Source: Lepidodermella squamata (taxonomy: Eukaryota; Animalia; Gastrotricha). Taken from it: 64,000 nt of DNA. The stretch is from assembly GCA_047495785.1 (NCBI GenBank), contig JBLDXI010000007.1, positions 4,216,001 to 4,280,000 of the forward strand. The letters are read 5' to 3'. Shown here piece by piece: positions 1 to 10,849 of the stretch. Positions within the stretch are counted from its first letter, which is position 1, and every line of letters starts with the position of its first letter. The position numbers and the translations under genes were made by a program. Below the pieces are notes generated by a model that worked only from the letters and a program-made list of their open reading frames with translations, was not told where the DNA came from and made no database searches.

Positions 1-328
1 ATTATTTTGATGAGAAATTTCAAGAAATTGAGGAGTTCCATTGGCACAAGAATGCTTGAAATTCTTCAACTTTTCAAAACTATTCTTTAAATTGATGCGC
101 ATCGAATTTGCCGAATTTTTTCTGCAGAATTTTTTGGGCACCCTGTAGCTTTTTGTATTTTCGGTAAAACCAAAAACCCCCAATTTTATGGACCTCAATG
201 GTACAAAATTAAGCTATGAAGAAGATGATAATACATTTTTATTTTTACAAGTAAAACATTTTCAAAATCAAAATAACTCTATTTTAGGTACATTATCATA
301 TATTTTGCCCGCATTAAAAATAAGAAAA

Positions 329-1911
329 TCAATCCAAAGATAATTTCACATTAAAACCTTTTGCCAAAATGTCAATGCCGCAGCGAATTGAAATCTCGCA
401 ATTATTCGAACTTTCCACCTGCTCCATGCGTTCAAATCGCGAAATTTTAACAGGCGTTTCATTTGAGCTCATGGAAGCGAAATCGGAGCTAGAAGCAACG
501 TCGCCGGCGCTAGCAGCAACGACCGATCCAAGCGGCAGCGGCGGCGAGACGGCTGAACTAGCAACAACTGAACCGACCGGCAGCGGCGGCGGTGAGACAG
601 CCGAACTAGCAACATTTTGATCGCCAATTCCAGCGATTATTGCACTGCGCTTGCGGTCTAACTCATGGGTACTCTTCAAGTACCTCCGAACAGATTCTGA
701 GCCGTGACCAGTCAGCCGTTTGATCTCCGGCTCGGGCATACCAGCAGCCATGAGTTCAGTGGCGCCAGTGGCGCGAAGATCGTGGTTGCTATGTTTCGCA
801 GAATCATCAACCTCCGAAACTAAACGACCCGTAACTTTTTCAAGTGTATGGATGCCAACGACCTGATTAGAAAACATCACCCCCTCCTTGGTCCTTTTCG
901 CCAGCGGGCGACAATAGAACTCGTCATGCGTCAAATTTTTCGGCAGGGCTTCAAAATAATTTTTGATGAGAGCGTAGTAATTTTTCTTGCCTTCAATTTC
1001 GTACACAACTACAACGTTGTGCTTTGGATTCGGATTTTTAAGCGACGGCAAGTTAGTTTTAAGATAGGGCAGAGTCACCTCAACAAATTTGCCCGATTCA
1101 TTCTCACAAAATTTGAAATTCGAACGAAGCAAATTTTTGTGGCCAGCGCCACCGCGAAGAAATAAATTTTTACCATTAGCGATAACCAACGTATCAAAGA
1201 AAAGAGCCGGATCGGTGATGTTTTCATAGTTGTCAGCTACGACACCGCCCGCTACCATTTTTGCTTGCAGAGTTGGTTGAAGCGGTGTGGTTGAGCGCTT
1301 CACACTTGAATCCGGCGTCGAGCGTATGGCCGCGTCCAATGCTTTTCGAAAGCCGGCGAATGGGACACCTTTCGAGAAGTCGACGTCACTACGGCCAGTC
1401 TCTTTCAAAAACTTTTGGATCATTGAAACAACATTCATCAATGAGCTCCTCGCATATCGATCACCCTGGGCCTGCTCTTCGCCATTAGGGGCAGGGGGTG
1501 CAGGTTTGCGAAGCTCCATCACGAAGCTAGACATCTGCTTATTCAAAGCAGCAACATCCATTTCATGAAGCTCGGTCAGCGGAAATGTAAGATCTAATAA
1601 AAAAAATCATGAAAGCTAGGTAAAATTCCTAGTTTAAAAAAATTACTTTGCATGCCCTGATTTAAGGCCTGACGATTGTGTCCCCTACGCCAATTATAGA
1701 ACAACCCAACACCATAGAACATCTGCTTGGATGTGTTGGTAGGTAAACGGCCAGCCACCATGCCATCCAGCTCATCCGGAGTCAAAATTTTACATCGCGA
1801 GGCGCTGATTTCGGCATCCTCAGGGGTTGGCTCCGGAAAATTCAACGCCCGGCAAAAGCTTCGATAGGTTGAATATGCCGCATCAACAACGAGACCATCA
1901 CCCGGTTCCAT
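329..1911 (-). CDS. Crypton-type tyrosine recombinase (DUF3504-like), 2 exons (1911-1647, 1593-329), about 509 aa
   Basis: Catalytic set is present: LFLRGG (R), LKTN (K), NHDLRATGAT (HxxR), LTGHGSESVRRY (H, Y). A 53-bp GT-AG phase-1 intron (1646-1594) joins ORF 1594..2031 in frame to ORF 329..1561. Confidence 0.85.
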
Positions 1912-2065
1912 TTTTTCAAACAAAATTCGGAATTTTGAAGCACGAATTAAAAAGCACGAATGCAAAATCAAAACAAACAAAAAACAATTTTGTCTTCCCA
2001 TCCAAAAGTGTTGCGTAATTTGTCCTGCCAAAAAAGTGACATCGGAGCATAATGAACATTTTACA

Positions 2066-2210
2066 ACTGTCTTTAGGAGCTAATCGGGACACAAAGAGTC
2101 CTCGGCCTTCGGCCTCGGACCCTTTTGTGTCCCTGCAAACTCTATTATAGATGCGGCCTCGGATAATCGGAGCTCGATTTGATTATCTCCTAAAGACAGT
2201 AGTATAATAT
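2066..2210. repeat. Nested hairpin/inverted repeats, probable Crypton subterminal structure
   Basis: actgtctttaggagctaatc (2066) pairs with gattatctcctaaagacagt (2181-2200). An inner hairpin gggacacaaagagtcc...ggacccttttgtgtccc surrounds ggccttcggcc. It lies about 150 bp upstream of the recombinase ATG. Confidence 0.6.
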
Positions 2211-2390
2211 GACCAATATCCTTCGGTCTCAGTAATAACTAGTAATTCGAGTGAAGAAAATCCTATGAATTCTCTTTCAAGTCTTGAGAGCTATGGGCAC
2301 TCATAATTAACGTAATAGCCGTTTAGCCAGCAGCAGCGTTTATTAAACTCAATTTTAAGCTACATTTTAAGTATCACCAACAAGTATTTT

Positions 2391-4277
2391 CTAACGCGAT
2401 CGAGCTAGTCTCGCGAACTGATTCACGTTAACGCCAATCTTGATCTTGGTCGATATCTGCGCTGACAGGCACGCCCAGACATCGAGGTTGACACTCGCGC
2501 TAGCTTGAACACTGGAATACTGCCGCTTTTTCAGCGCAACGCCACACTCAGGCTCGCGGTATTCACACATCGGGGCCTCCAAGCTGTTCGGCCACTTCCA
2601 CACGCCGTCTTTATCGCATTTCGCTTCATTCGGACCAACGAGGGTGTAGCCCTTCTCGCAAGCATAGTAGGCCCTGTGAAATTGAAAAAGTCAGACCATA
2701 CATCAAGCATGCTATAATATTTGTGACTTACAATCCGTGACTCTTGGATGTAATCAACATGTTTTTGCCAGGCATTGGCAAAAGTGAGCAGGGCTCGGGC
2801 GTAGTCGGCTTGAGTTGACAGTCTGGGACAAAGCCAACCCAGGTTCCCTCACTGCAAACGATCTGCTTGTTTCCAACAAGGAAGTGGGTACTCTCGCATG
2901 AGAAACTGTAAATCTGCCCGTTTTCAACCATTCCAACATCTTCGATAGGCTTGAACTCGCCGTTTCTCACCCGGATTCTCTTACTTGACAAAGCAGGGCT
3001 CCTCGGGCTGGTTTGGTTTAGGATGTCAGCCAGAGTCTGGCAAAGTTGAGCTGGGGTCGTAGTTGGGATTTCGACGCAACTCGGCACAGCACCGACCCAC
3101 TGGCCGCCGTAGCAAACCATCTTCGAATCTCCCTCGATCCTGAAACCCTCCGGGCAGGAATAATCGACGTAACTGCCCTCAAGCGGTGGGTCATTCTCCT
3201 TGAACTCACCACGAGGTTGCGTCATAACTGCCTTGATGTTACCCTGGGCAACAGGCTCTGGGCAGGTTGGTCTCGGGGTTGTAGTTGTAGAAGGCGTGGT
3301 TGTTGTCGAGGGCCAGCACTGCATCGTGAAGTCATCCAATGCCCACTGACCGTCATTTCGGCAGAAAGCCTTGTTAGACCCAGCCACAATGTAACCGTCT
3401 TTACAGTCGTACGACGCAAAGGTGCCAGGGGTGTAGATCAATTTCGACTTTTTGACTTTGAAACCGTTCTCAGGAGGCGGCGGAGGGTTGTGGCAGACAA
3501 CCGGAGGCTTCCGCACGCAAATCGGCGGCTGGGCTGACCAGTTTGCGTCTTGCTCGCAGCGAATCCAGGACGGGCCCTGCAGCTGCATCCCAAAACCACA
3601 TGAGAACGAGATTTTCGTGCCCAGAGGGTAGTTTGACGGTTGGTATTCGACGATAGTGCTAACATTCGTAGTTGGCGGGTCGAGAATTTCCACCTGGCAT
3701 AGCGAGGTGTTACTGGCATAGGGCCGCCCCGCAATACAGGTCGGAGGCGCGTTGCTCCATGTCCCATTGCATCTAGCGTTTGGAAACCCGTCCATATAGA
3801 AGCCGTCGTTGCAACCAAATTCAATCAAATCATAGTCGTTGTAGACCCTCTTTTGAATGCGGTTTCGGATGTAGCCATCTTTCGGATGGCCAGGGCATTC
3901 ACAGCCTTTTGAGCAGGTTATTTCAGCCGTTACCTCTCGTTTTTCGAGGCCTTTTTTCTTGGCGTAGGCGCGACAAACGCCCTGCAAATTTCCATCCCAT
4001 TTCCCACTTGGTTGGCAGGTGAATTCCCGTGGATTGCTCAATTTTTCGCCATTTTGGCAGTGGATGGTGGCAGTCGAGTAAGGTGTCAAACGAGGCGCTT
4101 CTACTTCGTAATTGAGAGCGAACCAATTGGCAGACCGAGGAAGCCAGGGGCATATCCGAGATGGCTCTGAAATCCCCAATTTTGACTTAACGTCTTTCAA
4201 AAGTTCTAAAACTTACTTTTCCCAACTTGTGCTACGACCGGCGCGAGAAACAGCGCCGATATAAGGAATAATTTCAT
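2391..4277 (-). CDS. Secreted multi-sushi (CCP/SCR) domain protein, about 7 CCP modules, 3 exons
   Basis: Signal peptide MKLFLISALFLAPVVA at 4277. Repeated C..P..NG...F.C..G(F/Y).L.G....C..G.W....P.C modules. The introns ending at 4167 and spanning 2731-2674 keep frame. No TM helix. Confidence 0.85.
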
Positions 4278-4461
4278 GCTACCTTCGAGAACGAAACTAG
4301 GACAAATAGTGCGAACAGTCTTCTCCAATAATGTGTGCTTTTACTACGTCTCGCCTTTAATAGCTAAGCTCAGACACGGGAATTTAAACATGTGTTCCAA
4401 TGAGGCGTGATTACACATTTTATTACAGTTTAATTAGCTTTAATAATATAAGGATGATAAT

Positions 4462-6415
4462 TCAGTTTTTCGGAGTTGTTCTATAGAAATGGTGAGCTCC
4501 ACCTCCCCGGCGTCGCTTCTCTATTATCATGCGAGCAGAGCTGGATAAAATCGGTGCGTTGACCAAAGCTTGTTCGACTTCGATTGACACCGCTTCTTCG
4601 AGTGTTCCATTGAAATTACCAGCCAAATTATTCTCGTCGATAACTGGATAGCCATTGCTGTCGTAAGATACAGGTTCTGGGCCGCAGTTTGTGCAGGTTT
4701 CCCTGTCGTAGTTGAGGAAACTGTACGGGCTGAGGATTAGCATGATAATGTAGAGGAAAAGGACTCCAGTAACGCTGAGCAATGGGGTTGAGTTGCGAAG
4801 GCGGACTGCGCCGAGGAAAGTTAAGCAAATCGGTTCGCTGATGAGCTGGTTCCACAGCAGAGAAACGTGAACGCCCGCCGTTGGTTCAGCCATGAGAAGC
4901 CGAGCTGGGATTCTGAGCAAGCGGTTTCTGATCGAATCAGCCTAAGAAACACAAATAATTCATTATTTGAGATTGTAGATTGTAGAGTGTAGAGGATTCA
5001 TTATTTTAGGGTCTTACCTTGACGTTTAGTATAGCTGACGAGATGAGATGCAGAGTAAGAAAAAGGAGAGATAACAGAGCCCACAGGCCCCATATCGTGT
5101 AATCCATCCAGTCAGGCTGTCGAATGAGGATTAACTCATAAGCCGAAATCACAAAGCCGAAAAATCCGTAAATAATGGTCACAGAAACAGGAATTGTGAA
5201 CTGATTGTTAAATTTACGTGACTCAGCCAGTAGGAAGTGATGAGCCCCGCGGAAGGTGTCCAGATCCAGGAGCGGCTTTTTCGCCTTAGTTGAGCTTCGA
5301 GTCTCTTTTTCTTTCTCTTTCCTCTTCACCGGGGCAGTATTCGGGGGCTCTGGATCCTCTTCAGGGACTGGGGGTGGGCTAGTAGGAGGTGGCGGTGGCG
5401 GCCCTAAAATAGTCACAATAGAAGGCGAGTCGACAAGACTGTTGTGGACACTGCTGTGGTCATTCTCAATGCCGAAGGGCTGGAAGACCTTCAAAGTGTC
5501 CCCTATCTGGTTATTTGCAATACTAGTTGCGGTGGCGGGCCCAGCCAACTCGCTAGCATCTACTAAGGGATTCTCATTCTCCTCAGTTTTCGCGGCTGAT
5601 TTTAGTAGATTGATAAAAGCTGCTGCCCTCTGATTTCGATGGCGCTGTTTCTGGCGAAAAATTGACTCAATCAAGCTGGATTGCTTAACCTGTTGCTTCA
5701 ACCACGTTTTCAGAATCAAAAACTTATTGGCATAGGCGATTGTCATGCAAAAAATGAATCCGTTGCCAAACGCGACCGAAGAATCAGCCCCGAAATGGAA
5801 GAAGCAAATTATAGCTGAGGACAATTGATACTCAATCGATGTTTGGTTTAAAAACACGTGAAAAGGCGTAGCGACTACTGTGAATTGATCCGGGGTGATT
5901 GAGGACAATAACGAAATATGGAAGCCGTTATTCACGAAAATGAAAGTCCAGCAAGCGATGACAGTAGCAGAGATGGGTCGGATGAAGCCGCAGCCCTCGC
6001 ACACTGGCTTACTACGCCGTTCTGATGAAGGATTAATCCCAAGTGTTGAGGCGTTGGTAACGGTTAAATTGTCCTCCTGAATGAACTCTAATTGCCTATG
6101 TATCTCGCCATTCCAACCGCCGTAGACGAAAACTGTCCGAATAATGGCGGCAGTTAGGGCGTAGAAAGCGCAGAAAAGAGCAACAACACCCTGTTGATTC
6201 CTCAGATTAACATCCGGCGAGAAGTAAGGCCAGGGTAAGAAGACGAATAGTGAGATGTAGCGCGTGAAGTTGAGCCATGTCATGATGAAAAGAGACATCG
6301 AGAAGGTGTACTGCACGGTGTTGACCCGCCAGTGTTCGGTGACTGGCTTTGGTAGTAGGCCGCATAGCCGTAGTGAGAAACTCAGTGCATACCATTCGTT
6401 TATCGGTTTCGACAT
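4462..6415 (-). CDS. Gustatory-receptor-like (GRL / 7tm_7 superfamily) multi-TM protein, 2 exons
   Basis: Several hydrophobic helices and a long Pro/Lys-rich loop before the last three helices. C-terminus QLISEPICLTFLGAVRL...SVTGVLFLYIIMLIL resembles the GR/GRL TM7 region. Phase-0 intron 5017-4942. Confidence 0.65.
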
Positions 6416-7287
6416 TTTTTCAAGTGACAAGAATGATTTATTGAGCGAAGAGGCGCATTTTTCTCAGTGACCGGCGCTTCATCAATTATGCAGTTTTACT
6501 GCGAAATCATTATTATGCGCGCGGTTGAGGACCTATACTGACAAGCCGAGTCACTTTTTTAGTTTTGTGATTTTTCAGTGCTGTGTTGGTATTTTTGCTC
6601 TGAAGAATTTTAAACTCCAAGCTTAAATAACCGGCAGCAGTCACTCAATTGAATTATTTTTCACGTTAAAGCTACACTGGTTGATCTAAGATACAAACAT
6701 TAAAAAAGCCAATGTTAACAAATTGAATGATTTAAAAAATCGATAATATTATTCCTGATTTTCACAGATTATGCCAATGAGATGGAAATATTCTTCGTGC
6801 AGGAAATCCATCGCAAGACTCAGCGTCACATGACTCCAAACTCAAAATCAGCTCGGACAATTTGTTCGATTGTTATTTCTATGTTGCGGAGCTGCCATAA
6901 AAGTTGATCACAGCTATGATAAAAACAGAACTTCGAGGGCAGAGTAAACAGCGCACCTATTTGAGGAGGAAAACGCGCCTCGCAACAGCAGTTTTTTGGG
7001 ACTCACAATTTGCAAAATTCTAAAACTCAGACGTGGATGGCAAAGTGAATTATTGAAGGGAATAATATTTTGAGTTTTGCGATGAGAGGTTGAAATCAAC
7101 TATTGAGTGGTCTAATGGTGCAAAGCTTCAACCGTCGATTTTCTGACGACTCTTTATCTGTGACGCACTTGCTGGCAGCTTGAAATTTGTGATCAGAGCG
7201 CGTTAGAGTCAATTTTACCACATATCCAATAGTGACTGCGCACTTAGGAGCTACTGTGAAAGCAAGCATTAACGTCGATCCCTAGAT

Positions 7288-10200
7288 ATGATTAATTGTT
7301 GCTTCTTACTTTTGACGGCTGTATGCTTTGCAGGTAATCAAGATGATTCGAAGGAAATAGTATGTATTCCCTTGTAAAACCTTCATTGATAGACGCTGGA
7401 ACACCAACACCTGACTCAGCAGCTTATCCTTTGCCGTACGGCTATCAGGGCGCGGTGATTTTCAATAGCAAGCATTCGCTCGACTACGTCAACTCAACTA
7501 CAACATTCATCAACAACTACACGGCAAAAGGCCAAGCATTGCTCACCCCGACCGGGTACCAGCTTACTCGCCGATCTCCTCTCGTCATCAACGGTTACAT
7601 TGAATCGCTAATAAATGTAAGTCACAACATCGCAATCTGTTCTGATGTTAGATTACCATATCCGTATAGGCTTATTTTGGCTCAGCAGCCAACTTCAGGA
7701 TTGAGGTTGATGTCGAAAGCACATACTCAACAAATGGATCGCGAGCATGGTTCACCTTAGTCATTTCAGAATACCTAACTTCATTCGGTGAGCTTTGACC
7801 ACAATTCCCCTGTTTTTCACAAATTTCTGAATCCCAGGTCTTTTTAACGCATCCTCTGCCAGTTTCGACGCGTTTGAAATGCCGCGAGGTCTCATGATCT
7901 CGTTTGAATTGAAGCCAGCCGGACTAGTCTACTCGACATACTACACTCAAAACGGAACATCGCAACCTATCCCTGGCAATCCCCCGAATCTCACATCAAT
8001 CGCGGCTTGCGGAAGCTCGACATTCCTCGACAACTCCGGGATCAGCAATTTCAGACTTTTCATTCAAGTTGTGGAAGATTTCTTAAGCGTTGCCATTTCG
8101 CCCCTCCCAGCTTTTGGCAACACAGAGACGTGTAGCTGTTTTGTCAATGTTTCGGTACCAACAATGGGTTCGACAGTTTTGGGCATGGCGAAGGGTGCGG
8201 TCTCTTTGTTTGCCTCGAAAGGTGACCTGGCTGACGTCCTCATTCGTCGCGTCTATCTGTTCGGCTTATCAAATGGTACAACCTCCGTGCCATTTTTCCC
8301 AGCAGAGGGGACATGCATAAACAGTCCAACTACCACTACTACTACTACCACTACTACTACTACAACCTCATCCTCGAAAACAACAACTACATCACGATCT
8401 ACTACGTCAACCAGCGCTTCAAAACTGGTGCCAAATCCAGACTTGAAATCACTAAGCCTGCCCTATCTTCATTCGAATTCAGCCAACTTTCTGCCGAACA
8501 ATTCATTCGACATATCTGACCAATCCTCTTTTATAACAGCAAATGTTCGCTTGGAACAGGGAGCGACAGTTAACACTAGCTGGTTGCAGCTGGACAAGTA
8601 CCACGCCATCGAGAACGGCATGGCTACGATTGGAAATCCGCTGCCAGCAACCACAGCTCTCAGTGGATTTAGAGCTGAAATTGAGCTGAGCTCGACCTAT
8701 GATTCCAACTCATCTAGCTATTTTGTATTCGGCGTTTCTACGTCACTAGCAGTGCTAAGTTAGTATTAGCCGTCTGCTTTATGGTGATTATGAAACATTT
8801 CGCTTTTCCAGATAACGTGACCAGTTCCATGAGCAACTACGATGGTCTCCATATTTCGCTAAAGCTGGGGCAGGATTGCAAGGCCTACCTTTCTTACGAC
8901 CTAAACACTACTTCAACCACAAATAAAGCCCCTTTGGTCTACGGATATGTCTCGAGCTTGGCATCTTCAATTTTCAAAAGTTCTGGTACTTCAGATTTTC
9001 GTATTATAGTTCAGAGTGTTGAAGATAAAGTTACGGTGAGTCTTTCCGTAGTCTTTCATCTTCGTATAGTTCATTGATTTTTCCTCCGTGAAATAGGTCG
9101 CAATCGCCCCTATGTCGGGCAATACTAGTGTGACTCTGCTCTCAGATGTCAGCGTTCCAGGCTTCAGTGCACGGCATCTCGTGAGTGGCAATGCTAAAAT
9201 GCAGTTGATTGCCGTGGGCGGCACTCAGGCAGATATTGCTGTTAGGAGGCTGAGTGTATGGGCCCTACAGACCTCCGATTCCACCACGCCCACAACAATC
9301 GCTTCTAGAACTTACGATTTCTCAAGCAACAATTCCGAGTTCAATATTCCGAATTTGATTGATGGAAATGTAATACCATTGGTGAAACTATCAGATCTTA
9401 CCACTTGTGAGTATATCTCGCCATTTGTTAGGTGAGTTGACAAAATTGAGACCAAAGCTCATCGTATTTTTTTGGTTTCCAAGGTCACCTGAATATGGGA
9501 CGAATATTTTCATAACCCTGAAGTTAAAAACTCTGGAAGATGTCGATTCAAAATCTAGGGAAATACAAGCTGGAGCTCAATTGACCGTGAAGTGGGCCGT
9601 TCGAAGCTGTCCCGTCGAAGTTACAGCCCCGCTTGTTGACGAGGCAGATCGCGTTTATCTAGTCGACCGCGACGAAGTCTGGGTTCCAAGCATTCGATTC
9701 GCCAACACCTCTTCAGATCTTTACCTCGAGAACAACTTGGCGTGGAAGGAACAAATTCACATTGTCTACTACCCCACAGCTCCGAATCGAACCTTGTTTT
9801 TCCATTGGATGAGATTCGGCACTCTGGATACTGAATGCTCGCTCAAGTTACGAAAATTCCCATTCGACTCACAGATTTGTGACTTCACGTTCCTGCTGGA
9901 CGAGGCTGATAAATTTCTGCTCTTCGGTGGATCTCGTTTCTTGCTTGATGGCTCGTTCGACAGTGAGCTGTGGAAACTCGACGCTTCTTCTACGTCATTT
10001 GGAATTACGACATCGCTACTGCGCCAAAACAGTACTTCAAGCTACGCCATATTCACAGTTGCATTCAGTCGAGAGCCGATGCCGTACATCACAAGCAAAA
10101 TGGCGCCTTGTGCCATTCTAGTGACTCTGGTGTTCGCTTCGCTGATCTTCCAGCCAGATTGCCCTGATCGACCGGCCTTTTCCGGTACATTGCTCCTCAG

Positions 10201-10492
10201 CCTTATCGTCATTCAATCAGACGTACTTCACAGCATTCCAGAAACAGCCGAGTCAGTCCTGATGGCTGAGTACATGCTGATCCTGTGCGGCCTAACTGCT
10301 ATGATCACGTTGTATTCTTCGATTGCTTTTGCAGCAACTACTCGCTATCCTTTCTTGATAACTGATAACGCTGAGATATCCGTCCTACGCTCCAGAGTGA
10401 CCTATGCTCGAGCAGTGGATGCGGCTGTGTTTTTCCTGGCTATTGATGTGTTTCTAGCCTTGAATGTTTATGCCTCCATGGTCGTTGCTTGA
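7288..10492 (+). CDS. Lectin-headed Cys-loop pLGIC, subtype A copy 1 (signal peptide, 2 L-type-lectin-like domains with a Thr/Ser stalk, LBD, M1-M4)
   Basis: Cys-loop CSLKLRKFPFDSQIC, WVP motif, M2 PDRPAFSGTLLLSLIV and M2-M3 Pro. The phase-2 intron 9432-9483 joins the upstream exons (..FVR|SPEY..) in frame. Signal-peptide exon at 7288. Confidence 0.8.
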
Positions 10493-10849
10493 ATCCTGGA
10501 AAACAGTTTCCATCAGTCCTCTTGAACCCTCTATCCTATGAGAACCACTCTCTGAGCTCTGAGTTGCTGCTTATTCAAAAGGCTGATCCGTTAGAAGTTA
10601 GAAAAAACATAGTAAAAAACAACGCGAACGTTGGCAGTCAAGCCAACTGACCAGCAATTCTTGTTCATTTATTTACTCAAATATCTTTAAGGTGTTCATC
10701 GTTAGATTGGCCGCGACGCTTTGTTGATTGTTGTAGTGAAATTTACTCCGAACAGAGTGTTGGCGGTAAAAAGTCCTCAATACAAGCAGATATCCAAGAT
10801 TTTCAACGGCGCTGTTAAAATGTCGGCGGATTCATACACAGAAGCGACA

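Noticed and set aside
1-150. gggcaccctgta, resembling a Tc1/mariner MITE right end
   Set aside because: The partner end would lie outside the window, so it cannot be verified.
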